Position numbers and translations under genes: made by a program. From contig CM061250.1 in the NCBI GenBank assembly GCA_022605425.2, positions 248,001 through 312,000 on the forward strand: 64,000 bases of DNA, in the 5' to 3' direction. Within the stretch, counting starts at the first letter, position 1; every line of letters begins with the position of its first letter. A model generated the notes under the pieces. That model saw only the letters and a list, made by a program, of their open reading frames with translations. It was not told the origin of the DNA and did not search any database. The stretch is from Hamiltosporidium tvaerminnensis FI-OER-3-3. Its lineage: Eukaryota; Fungi; Microsporidia. Shown in pieces: positions 1 to 12,200 of this stretch.

Positions 1-734
1 TATATTATCTAAAAAATACAAAAAAAATTGTTAAAAAATAGACTCTTAGCAATATGATACACTTTAAGCATTAATTACATGCATCCTTTGTTCTTTCAAT
101 ATGTTATTAATTTACGCACAACAAGAAGGTAAATAATCGTTGTATTCTTTTCAAAAAGTTCATAATTAGACTTTATTTTATTTATGAATCTTCGAATATT
201 TTTCTTTTTGAATTATCTTTTGATATGATTTTCAGAATATATTTTCCCGGAAAAATAGCTACAATTGAATTCACTGCTCTGGGATTTTTTATTCCTAAAG
301 ATTTACAACATCACTTGATTTACATTGCAATATTGTCTAAATACGAGATTCGATGTTTCATTTTCGGTTTAGAAAGTGTATTTTGATTTGAAATTTTACA
401 GCGTGACTTATTATTTTTTTAATCTAGAATGCCGTGTAAATCAATAATATAATCAAATATTATTCGTTAATTTTATAAGTAGTTATTCTGACCGAATTTG
501 TTAAAGTATAAGGATTGTAAATATTTTCTTTTTAGCTTAAATTTTGCCCAGACTATATACATAGTGTAATATTTTCCCGCGTCTCTCAGAACAAAAGAGA
601 GAAGTCTGATATTTAATTTTGTTTTTTTTTGTTTAAAAAGAATAAAAAAAATGGATAATTATAGCGTTTCATCATTGTTGATTTAAATATAATTTTTATG
701 ATTCAAATTATATAATAATACTATAGTGTGATTC

Positions 735-1430
735 TTTGGGTGTGCAGAGAAGATAATCGCATTTAAGATGTTAGCTGAGCAATATTTGACTAAATATATG
801 TGAAAAAATTGTTTGAATTTTGGTAAGATAAAAATACCACTATGTTTTTAGTTGCCGTGGAATATCTATAAAAAAGAAATTTTTTAAAAACCCAACATAT
901 ATATGTGCTCATTACTTTACAGTGTTTCATCATTAGATTTTCTGTCGAGTTATTAGGCAATATTTATGCAAAAGCATATAAATATAGTTTGGATTCTTTG
1001 TTTTAGAAGACTTAGCCCTCGTGTAATACAAAAAATCTACACTTTAAAAAGCTAGAAAAAGTAAGTGTCTGGTTATACTATTTAATATGAAATCATAACA
1101 TTTAGGTTGATATCTTGTAGAGACCAAGTTAAATTTTTATAAAAGGTTGATTAAACTAGGCATATTACTAGTCTTGGTGTGGCCAAAGATTATTTCTACC
1201 TAGAATAACAAATTTGATAACGAATCTTAACAAAAATCGAGAGAATATTCACCTTTAAATAGTTTTTACACATTGTGTATTGAAAGGCGTTTTTATCTAA
1301 GCCTTCCGAAGTTAACGGATGAGTTTTTACAACCAGATATCTATATTGAACAATGAAGTTAGTTGATATCATAAAAAAATTCAAAATGCGCTAATTTAAA
1401 CAACTTAATATTATTGTGTATAAAATTTAA
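735..1430 (+). mobile_element. Old, degenerate full-length copy of the ~720-bp SINE-like family
   Basis: Collinear blocks matching 41748-42478, e.g. 'tatgcaaaagcata', 'ttagaagacttagc', 'ggttatac', 'ttacaca...gaaaggc'; boundaries approximate. Confidence 0.55.
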
Positions 1431-1567
1431 ACATTTTTAGAACTAAATTTGAACTTATTCAATTATAAACCAACTATACAGCAAATAATTAACTTAATTA
1501 AATCATTATCTCAAAAATTTATACTTTTTATTTATTTATTCGCGTATAATAGTTTTTATAACACGAT

Positions 1568-2690
1568 TAAGTAAAGTATAGGTTAGTAGAAGAAGTCAAT
1601 AAGAAGAGTGTAGAAGATGCTCAACTTGCAAAACTATATAACGAAATAGAAAAACGAAAACTCCATTCAAAGTTGTATAATGCAAGGGGAAATGAGCTTG
1701 TAAGTGTTAATGACTCTTATAGATGGCTAAAGAAAGGGAATATTAGGTTACACGATGAAACAGTGTTCTGCTATATCCAGGATAGAAATGTATTCTGGGG
1801 AGCAGATGGTCTGTGTCAACGCTGCAATAAATCCGGTAAAGCTGTAGATCATATAGCAACTCGATGTGAAAAAATGCTGGGTCATGACTACAACAGACGG
1901 CATACCGAAGTGGCTAGATGCCTACACATACTTCTCCTGAATAGATATAAGTTTAAGTCCTTGAAACGCATTGGGAGTCACTCAGTTCAAGAAATTCTTG
2001 ATAATGAGTACGCAGAGATAAGAGTGGACACCAGAATAAAAACTGCTATTAAAATTCGGAATAACAGACCGGACATATTTATTTTAGATAAGAAGAAGAA
2101 TAAGATAACACTCATTGAAGTAGGAATCACTTCTCAAGATTCACTGCAAATTTCGAAACTGAAAAACTTAGGAAGTATGACCTGTTAGCCAAGGAATTAG
2201 TTCTTATTTTATAAGTTTAGTGCTGATATAATTCCTTATGTGATGACCTGGGACGGTATTGTGACAAAATACCATAAACACACCTTAAAAGACTACATAT
2301 ACCCATGAATGTAGAGGCATACATTCAGTCTATAGTACTTAAGAAGACAGTCGAAACAATTTCCATTGATCGACGAAGAGGACTTGAGTCAGGACTAAAT
2401 GCCGAAGAGAGCTGGGAAAAGCGTCAATGGGTGTTATTATGAGATCAGAGATGCATGAGGAATCAACACCCCCTTTAAAAGAAGAGAAGAGAGAGGAAGA
2501 TGATGCAAAAAATTTAAAAACAGAAAATATTACACTCTTACTCCAAAAGTAGAAACCACGTTAGCGGAACCTACGCTAAACATAAATGAAGAGTCAGAGT
2601 TGGAAGAAGAAACAACTGTGGTAAAAAAAAGGTAGAAGAAAATGCATAAAAATCGTACAACCATTTCAGCCCAGAATTGTATTAAATAAA
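1568..2690 (+). mobile_element. 5'-truncated copy of the RLE non-LTR retrotransposon (CCHC knuckle, PD-(D/E)xK endonuclease, 3' tail)
   Basis: ORF 1673-2188 contains CQRC..DHIATRC, RH and RPD..IEV; DNA closely matches 40250-41377 and ends at ...attaaataaa; possible degenerate TSD tttataaca..atta on both sides. Confidence 0.92.
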
Positions 2691-3189
2691 ATATTTATAA
2701 CAAAATTATTTTAAGAAATTAAATTTTCAAATATCTTACAATAAATTCACAGCTAAAATTTTGCTTATATTTTGTTATGAGGTGGTTATTTATGATTATC
2801 GTAATTATTTAAACCATATTTCTACATTTTTTTGATAGAAAAATTTTTGTTCGATGTTTTGGAATTTTTTCGAAACTTTCCTTCTTACTGAACTTTTTTT
2901 TCAACTTATCAGCCAAATTCTACACTTTTGAAAAAAATTAAAGCGTACCACCTAAGAAAAAAATAAGTTTATATACGTAGGTATTATTGTTAAACCAATT
3001 CGGCAGTAATTTTGGGTACATTATATTAATTCAAGGATAAAATATTGCAATTTCATTTTTGGTAATAACAGACAATCATAATTTAGATTTGTTTATATTA
3101 TCTCTCATTACTAAAAGATTTTAACATGTAATGAAATCTTATCTAAATTTTCTGCTTAATTATTAATTTCTATTCTTTTATATTTGATA

Positions 3190-3898
3190 TATCACATCTT
3201 TTTAAAACATTGGCAAGTATTATATTTTTTTTTTATGATATTAACACTGTTCTAGTTTTATATAAATAACTGCTATCTCGGCACTCCATCAGTACCCCCT
3301 GCGATACCTTCGCTGCAAAGCCTTTGATCTACCAGGTGTGTAGAACCTAATTAATAGGCGAGGCAGTTGCTCGGAGTTCGTTCATGTCCTTTACATGGAG
3401 TGTGATCAAAGGTCAAAACCACAATGGGCTACCAAAAGACTATGCCGCATTTCCACTTACTCTACCATTTCTAAATCCAACAAAAATTTAGCTAAAATAT
3501 ATTTCAGAGACTTACATGAGGTCTACCTAGACAGTGCAATTCCATGCCGATAGGTATAACCTGCTACTTAGCTCTCTCGGCTTTTAATGGTTTTTATTTG
3601 TATATCTTCCAGGCCCTAAGTCTTCTAACTCGAGTGAAAAAGGCTAGGTTTCCATGCTTCTACATGACAATTACCTACATGTTCGGCTGCGGTCTGCAAT
3701 CTAATTACATAAAAAACAACAAATAAATTTGTAGAAAAAGTTTCGGTATTTCTTAGACCTCTTCTCATCAAACAACACCCATGGAACAAACAAAGATTTA
3801 GTGTGGTTTCATTATGATTTAAAATATAAACAATGCTTTCACACCAGTTTCACATACTCATTACCAAGCAGAAGGTTTTTTGTGTTATCCCCCTTCCA
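3190..3898 (-). mobile_element. ~720-bp SINE-like element, moderately diverged copy
   Basis: End-to-end reverse-complement similarity to 41748-42478 and direct similarity to 21859-22585. Confidence 0.9.
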
Positions 3899-3948
3899 AC
3901 TTTTTAAAATTTATATTTCTATTTAAATGAATATATTTATAATCCTTA

Positions 3949-4218
3949 ATGTCTGCACTAACACTGATAAAAGAAGGCTCAACAATTTTATGTAAAGCTT
4001 TTTTTATGACCGTTTGGGATATATATTGTAAAAAGGATACTATGAGTGTTTCAGAAGCTAGAAATATATTAAATATTAATCACAATATTTCAAAAGAGAA
4101 TTTAAATTATGAATATAAAAGATTATATGAAGATAATGATATTAAAAAAGGCGGATCTTCTTATTTACAACAGAAAATATATAATGCTTACCAAACCGTT
4201 TTAAAAACATTTATATAA
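3949..4218 (+). CDS. PAM16: Pam16/Tim16 J-like subunit of the mitosomal import motor
   Basis: MSVSEARNILNI...LYEDNDIKKGGSSYLQQKIYNA matches the Pam16 signature (LFEVNDKEKGGSFYLQSKVYRA); ND replaces the HPD of Pam18. Confidence 0.85.
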   Translation: MSALTLIKEGSTILCKAFFMTVWDIYCKKDTMSVSEARNILNINHNISKENLNYEYKRLYEDNDIKKGGSSYLQQKIYNAYQTVLKTFI

Positions 4219-6351
4219 AATATTTTTGTTCCTTTTTTATTGCAAAAATTGGTTTTTAACGAATAAATAATATATCAAGTATTCTGTTCTTTTATACGAT
4301 ATTATAAATAATTATATTTTATATATTAAATTATGGTCTTTTCTTCAAGTATAAAGTTCGGACATAATATTGTAATATTTTTCGAAAATTTCTTATAAAA
4401 TATTCCATATTTAGTTAGTTTTTTAATATCTGCTAGATTGAATTGCTTGAATTTGAAATTTAATGTATTTCGGGTTTAACTAAGATTCAATTTTCATTAT
4501 AAAATCATTTTTTTTTGTTTGCTTCTAATTTTTTTGTTATCATAATTTTTTATTTGATATAATCTTTCGCAAATGAACTCAAAGCTATGATTTAAAATTT
4601 TTGAGATGAAATTAATTGATTTTAAATTCTGGTATTTTTTAGTAAACATATACTTTTGATCTTTCTGTGTAGATATAGCAAATAATAGTTTGTTTTTATA
4701 TATGGAAAAACATTCTATATATAATAATTGGTTTTAAATATTTTGTTATTTATTCTTTTTTTCAGAAAAGAATAAATAAAAAAAATATTGTAGCGCTACT
4801 AATATAGATTTATAAGTTTTTTATTTCACATAATTTAGCGCTGGTATATATTGAGTGATCTGTTTAACTGAGTTAAAAACCACATAAAAATCAACCTTCT
4901 CACAGCAAATTATCCTAGAATGTTTTTTGTTGGCAAAAAAATTCAAGTAACAGGAAGAAATTCACGTGTTTTAATACATAAACAGTGTATATATTTTATG
5001 AAAGCATACTTTTCTCTAGAAATCTATATTCAGCACAATTCTCCACAAAAAATTATTCTACTGAAAATTTTTTGTAAAAAAATTTCAGATTGCGTTCATA
5101 CGTATAAAATCATATTTTTAAAAAATACAATCATTTATGGTTCTAGCTATGCCTTAAAATTATCTCAAGAATTTCCCCACCAGTATTTTTTAAAGCTTAT
5201 GTTTTTCTTCCGAATTGTGTGTTTTTAAAATACACTTTTTAAATAAAAATATTTTTTTTAAGTCTCGATATTATTTTCTCAAAGCTTTTAATATATATAA
5301 AAACTCAAAATCTCTAAAAATGCAAGCTCGAATTTACTCTGACCATCTATTTTTAGTCTAAAAAGACAGTTAAATATTCTTTAATGAACAAGCTTTTCAG
5401 TAATGTTTATTTTTTTACACTGTTAGTTTTTTTTATTAGTGTAAGATAGGTTTTGATATATTTTAAAAATTAGGATCTGGTAAAGTATGACGTTGCTCTA
5501 TTTAAATCTAAAAGATATAAATATGGATATATTAAGCGGATTAAATATCAATATAGACATTAGTACTCATATTTGTTTACATCATAAAATCGGATTTACA
5601 AAATTTCAAGCGCTATTAAAAATATTAGTAAGTAAAAATATACATTATAGATCATGAATCTTATAATTTATTTTCTTTAGTAAATTACCGTTATTCATAT
5701 ATCTCGAATATTATTCTTTCATGTATTTATTCAGCAGATTAAAATCTAAAATAGGTTTTTAACCCAAATGAAGGAAAAATATATATTGATATCTTATCAT
5801 AGAAATATTGCTTTAAATTTCTGCTAAACAACAAAAGTAAATTTTTAATAAAGTAATATAATTTATAACAGATATATTGCATCATTTTTTATTTCAATTT
5901 CATTAAGATTCATATGACTTTTGTAATTAATTCTTGAAATTTCTGTTTTTTAATATTATACTTTGATCTTATTTATATATTCTTAATAAGTTATAATTTC
6001 CGTTTTTTTAAAGAAAAAATTTAAACTTTTATTAAAGTTAGTTAAGCTCATTTCTATATAAGAATAAGCTTTATATTCAATACCAATTTTTTATATAAAA
6101 TAAGAAGAATCTTATTAATCAATTTTAAAGTATATTTGATTTATATTTTTTATGTTTCTTACATTTTGTAATTTCAAACAATATCTGATATTTTAAATCA
6201 ACGAATAATTCTAATCGTTAAAAATAATTAAGTATCTAATAAAAAAATATTTGGAGCACTTAAAAAAAATATTTAAATCATTTTTTTTAGATTTTAAATT
6301 GTAATTGTAAAAAGAAGTTTAAAATAATTTAAATATTTGTTTTTGATTTAA

Positions 6352-6457
6352 GCTTAAGAAAAATGAAGAGTCGGATTTAGAAGAAGAGACAGTAGTGGTT
6401 AAATAGGTAGAAAAAAAACATATAAAAATGGTAAAAATATTTTAACCCAGAATTTTA
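6352..6457 (+). mobile_element. ~105-bp 3'-terminal stub of the RLE LINE with a 23-bp target-site duplication
   Basis: 6361-6460 matches 41275-41373; TTAAATATTTGTTTTTGATTTAA occurs at 6329-6351 and 6458-6480. Confidence 0.9.
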
Positions 6458-6692
6458 TTAAATATTTGTTTTTGATTTAATATTTTATATTCATTTAATC
6501 TAACAACAATAAATATTTGGTTTTTTTAGAATATAAAAATATTGTGGTTTTATATATTGAATATAATCTTTTACTTTTTATTTATGATTTTTTAAATATC
6601 CTAAAAAACCTTTCTAATTTAGATCTCTTTGTGATTAAAAAAAAAATTAAATTTTATATTTCATCGTTACCAGAAAAATTTGAAACCCATAT

Positions 6693-7433
6693 ATGGCAGA
6701 TCGTGCAAGACTTTTATTAGATGAATTGATGGGTAAAGATAGAGATTCTATTCATAAAATAACAGAAGAATATTCTTTTAATAATACAAATATTTGTAAG
6801 TACAATTTGGTTTCATTTTGTCCGTTCAATATTCTTAAAAACACCAAAGCATGTTCAAATACGTGTAAATATACAAACCACGAAGAGTATTACGTATCTT
6901 TGTACAATAAAAACGGAGAAAAATACAGAAAAAAATATGAAATGGAAATGTTAAATCTTTTGAAAGAATTTATATTTAATATGGAAATTAGAAAAAGTAA
7001 AAATCAAGATATTTTAGATGAAAAAAATGTAAATAATTATAAATCATATGAGTCATCAAACAAATCCAATAACCAAACAATTAATGTGGAGAATGTTTGT
7101 GATTTGAAAGAAAGAATTTCTATTGCTGAAAAGAAAATGTCAGAAGTGCTTGTAAATGTAAAAAATTTATTTATGGTAAATAAAGTATCAGAAGCATATG
7201 AATGTTTATTATTTTTGGATAAAATTAAATTCGATTCTGAAAAACTTTATGAAAAATTGGATTCAAATGAACAAAGAAAAAATTTGAGTGTTTGTGAAAT
7301 ATGTGGAGCACTCATTAATATGAAAGGGATACAAAGCCGATTGAATAATCATTTTAATGGTCGAATGCACAAAGGATTTGTTAAGATAAGAAACGTTTTA
7401 GCAGATTTACTAATTAAATATGAATCAAATTAA
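6693..7433 (+). CDS. LUC7: U1 snRNP-associated protein Luc7
   Basis: N-terminal RLLLDELMG; zinc finger 1 (CKY..FCP..C..H); zinc finger 2 VCEICGA...HFNGRMHKGF; CCC motif just before the ATG. Confidence 0.93.
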   Translation: MADRARLLLDELMGKDRDSIHKITEEYSFNNTNICKYNLVSFCPFNILKNTKACSNTCKYTNHEEYYVSLYNKNGEKYRKKYEMEMLNLLKEFIFNMEIRKSKNQDILDEKNVNNYKSYESSNKSNNQTINVENVCDLKERISIAEKKMSEVLVNVKNLFMVNKVSEAYECLLFLDKIKFDSEKLYEKLDSNEQRKNLSVCEICGALINMKGIQSRLNNHFNGRMHKGFVKIRNVLADLLIKYESN

Positions 7434-7604
7434 ATTTATAAATTTTGAATGTTTTAAATTTTTAAAATGAATTAAAATTTTCGGTTTCTATTATTTTCAT
7501 AAATACAAAAGTGATTTTTCTTGCTAAATTATTCCATTCCTTTGGTACATTTTTGGTTACGAAGATGCACAAATAAATGTTTTGCATCAGTTTCTTTTAA
7601 TTGT

Positions 7605-7740
7605 TGTAATTATAGATTATAGATGATTGACCTATAGATGCTGTTTAGTTTTTACCCACCACAATGGCAGCAAGAATTATATACGAATTGTACACACTCA
7701 TTGCCAAGCTGATAGTTTTTAATATAGTTATTCTTTCTCA
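7605..7740 (-). mobile_element. Short element sharing the 5' head of the 720-bp SINE-like family (variant body)
   Basis: 'cacacactcattgccaagc' head; adjacent sequence resembles 13595-13732 rather than the main family. Confidence 0.55.
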
Positions 7741-9296
7741 TTTGATTTTTGTTAAGAATAGGTCATATTTTTAATTAAATATCATTTGTTTTTCCTTAAT
7801 TATCCACAAAAAGAAATCTATAGGTATATTTACTAAAAAAGAACATCAAAAATTCTTATTTAAATTAAAAGTTGTTAAAAAATCTAACTTGAAGATTCAA
7901 AATAGAACCATTATTGACTAGAAAATCAAAAAAAATGATTTAAATGAAATTTATTTATATTTCATTTTAAATTACTTAGAAATAATCCAAAATTTTTTAA
8001 TAAATATTTTTGATGATTTTATTTGTAAAAATTCAATATTGCGTTTTAAGTTTTAAATATTTTTATTGCAAATGCACTAAAACTTGAATATTTATTCCTT
8101 TCAAAACTCAAATTTTTAGTTTTTTAAGCACAATGTAGTCATACGGATATGTATTCCTGACCATAGTAAAACTTAAATTTCCTTTTTTAAAAAAACTATT
8201 TATTGTAGATATATTAGTAGACTTCAAGATTCCTATATATATTTTAGAAATTTAAATCTTATCATAAACACATATTTGACCATATTGAATCTATTCCGGT
8301 GTTTTAGAAGATATATTGAATTGAATAAAAAAAATTAAACTCAAATACATATATTCAGATACTTTTAGTTATACATTAAAATTTTATAATATATCATGAC
8401 TCATATAAATTTTTATATAAAGATATTGAATCTATAGTTTAGTAATTATATCAATAAAATTAAAATATAGGTAATAAGTATGTTTTAAGTTTCAAAATAT
8501 TTACATATTGCATTATTTTTTGATTTAATCTATATATCTAAATATTAAGGATGAAGTTGATATGAAATATTCTATTGGGATCTTATAAAGACGGGAATAT
8601 AAATATATTCATGTATAGAGATTTTGTTTTTTGATTGTGTGTTAAATCTCATAAATGCATTTTAAATCCAATGGTAACATACATTTTATAATTCTAAAAG
8701 CATATTGATTTGTACTTAGAAATTTGAAAATATTTTTATATGAACCATCACTAACTATCAAACCATTTTTTCGAATTGTCACAATCCTAGATATTTTTCA
8801 ATTTTTATTTTTTGCTCTTTGGTTAAATCGTAATAATTCTTAGTATTTACTATTTTTTTATCAGAATAAAAAAAATAGTAGATCTTCCGTTGTAAATAAT
8901 AATTTTATTATTGTTTTGAATCAAAAGTTCGGTTTTTATTATTATGCTCGTCTTGGAATTAACAATAGAATTTACCTAACTTAACTTGATATATATTAAT
9001 AAAATCTATACATTTTAAATCTTAAATTATAAAATACTCTATTTTTAAACGAAATATATCGATTTTAATAAAAGTTGTACTCTTCTCTAATTATTTAAGA
9101 TGAATTATAATAAAAAAATTATTCTACAATTCGAAATATTAATCTAAAAAACATTAAAAACATCTACCTCAAAGCTAATATACATAAAAATTATGTTTGA
9201 AATGTATTAAAATCGCTATGAAGATAATAAAAATTAAGAAATTTTAATAATTTTGAACTTCATATATCAACTACTAAGTTTTCTAATCCATCCTAT

Positions 9297-12200
9297 TCAT
9301 GAAAAATAAATTGAGGATTCCAAAATATAATTGTTCTCTTTTATAACCTGCATTATTTCTTCTCTCATATATTCGAATTCGTTATTTTGATAAATAAAAT
9401 TTCTTACTTTCATCATCATATTTTTATCACTGACAGTGATAAATATATTAAAATAAATATCAGGCCATTCATGAGTAGAACTTTTTATATCTTCAAAGAA
9501 GAAAATCATATATTCATAAATAAAATCTCTTTTCTTTGAATTTTCTGTAATTTTTTCAGATAAAAGCTTTTTAGAATCAGATGAAATTTTATTTGATCTA
9601 AACAAATCTAAAACTTGTGTAAAAATAAAATCATCATTAAAATATGACAGTGCTGTTATAACATCTTCCTTTTCCTTTGTATATTCATACATATCATATT
9701 TAAGTAAAAGATCTTTAAATAATCTTTCAGTATTTATTCTTTTAACGGCTGATATGAATATAGATAGTCTTTCACATGAATTTATAGTGTTTTTGGAATT
9801 TCGTTCTTTAAAAATATTTTTATGTGAAATGTAACTTAAAAAACTATTTAAGAAAAACTTTTGTTCATTTTCTTTAAAATTCGAATCAGGTTTTTTTTCT
9901 GTTTCAAAAGTGTACTTTTTACTCATTTTTTTTAAAATTTCTATTTCGTTATTTATAACTTTTTCTGTTAAAGCTAAACATTTTGTTTCGTCTGTATTTG
10001 GTTTTATATCTTTCAATAAATATGTAATAACGTTTTTTACTTTTTGTTGAAGTCCATTTTCTTTGTAAAATATCGATTTTAGTTTTTTTAAATCCATTAT
10101 TGCCTTTTCTAATACATGTGGATCATTATTGTTTATAAAAATAATTATATTAAAGAATTTTTCTAAATCTACACCATAGTTTACAATGAAATCAAAATAA
10201 TCTGAAAGTAGATTGATTTGATCTTCAGAATTAAGTAAATTGTTTTTTAATGCCATTATTAAAGAATTGTAAGATGAATCGTCATCATATAAGATCCTAA
10301 ACATTCCATAACTGGGAACATAGTAGCCTTTGCTTATGGAATCAATATTGTTATTTTCCTTATCGGGTAATATTTTTAAGGAGGTATCGTTCAGAAGAAA
10401 CGTTATTGTCTTATTATTTAGGTGTAGAATCAAAGGTATTTCCCACAGGCTTTCAATATTTTTTTCTGTTTCCTCGATAATTTTATTTTTGAATTTTTTG
10501 AATTTAAATTTGATTTTTTCAATATCAGTTTCAGAGGAACAATTTGATTCAACATCATCAAATTTATTTATATATGTTTCTTGGGAAAATATTAAGTGTT
10601 TATTTTCTTCTTTTACCCTGATTAAAGGAAAATGTTTTTTTTCTAACCATTCTACAATCATGCCTTGTGAATCTCTCATGAATTCCAAAAAATTATTTAA
10701 ATCGGCATTTCTACCTTTATTCCTAAATAAATATCGACCGATACGTTTTTTAAAATTTAATTTTCCAATTTTGACTTCTAACATTCTTAGAATCAAAGCT
10801 GCTTTATTATAAATTATGTAATATTCGTAATTGTTCACATCAGGTGTATTATTCGGAGGAGAATAGAATCTTTGCGTTGTTTTTTCTTTCAAATTAGTTT
10901 TTTTTGACAAACTGGATTTCCAAAACTCTTTAATTTTGGATAAAAATGTTTTGTCTTCATTTTCGAACTTTCCTTTGATTCTTACAATATGAGTTTTAGA
11001 TTTGGAATCATATTTTAATGTTTTGTTCCTTTCTTTCAAACTAAAAAAAGTCCAGTTTTTTAATATCTCATTAGAATAATATGTAGCGAATCCTTCATTA
11101 AGCCATAAATCGCTCCAATCTTTACACGTAACCAAATTACCAAACCAATGATGACTTATTTCATGACAAATAGTATCACCAACTTCTTTTTTATGATCAA
11201 AACTATCCTTAAATGAATTATACAACAGATATTCCAATCTAAATATAATTAAAGAATCGTTTTCCATCGCAATATCTTCAAAATTTGGTATTCCTAAAAA
11301 ATCAATTTTTTCCGTTTTCAAAGCAATTTTAAATTGACTTAAAAAATATTTTATACATTTTTTAGCAATTGATATGCCATAGAATGTATCAGAAAGTTTA
11401 TATGCCGTTGGTATATAAAAACGAACCGTTAAATGAGCATTTGTTGGCTCTTTATTTTTATTATTACCCGATGATATTTTAGTTAAAGAATTATTTGAAC
11501 TTTGGGTTATTGATTCATATAAATGGTTTTTTTCATTTACTTTATTGTTTAAAAAGTCCGAATTTTTATTAAGAAGTTCAGAATCATTTATTTCTGAATT
11601 CGAATCGTAATTTGGTATTTTATCTGGGTCTGTATTCTTATCATTTTTGTTTGAAATATCATTATTGATTTGATATATCGGTGGAACAGGAATCACAGAT
11701 GAGTTTATATTTTGAGGTTCTATATTTTTAGTTTTTGATTCTGTAAAATCAATCGAAGAGAGCGGTAAAGTTTTAGTTCCTGAATCTTTAAATAAAGTAT
11801 TTATGAAATCCTTAGTAGTAAGTAAGAATTCAGTTGTGCTGATATTCTGAGAGATTTGCATTTTGGTGAAATCATGTGTTTTTGGGTTATCAATATTGAT
11901 ATTAGAAATAGAAACTGTTTTAAGTAAATTTACTTTAGAAAATGAAGAAGTGTTTGAACTGGAAATATTGCTTTTTGTTGTAATATATCTTTCTTTCGTA
12001 GAATTTGTTGGTAATATTTCTGTATTTGTATTATTTGTTTCAACTATTTTTAATCCTGAATAAGTTGCAGTTTTCTGTTGCAATGATTCTTTGTTTCTTG
12101 ACTTTATTTCATTATATTTTATAAATATTGAACTTGTTGAGATAATCATAGTTTCGCTTTTATCACGGTGTAAAATATCTTGTAGATTTTTTCCTAAATA

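Noticed and set aside
10330-12063. Antisense ORFs in the aminopeptidase (similarly in RPB5, BPL, the LINE and the family genes)
   Set aside because: Antisense shadows of real coding sequence.
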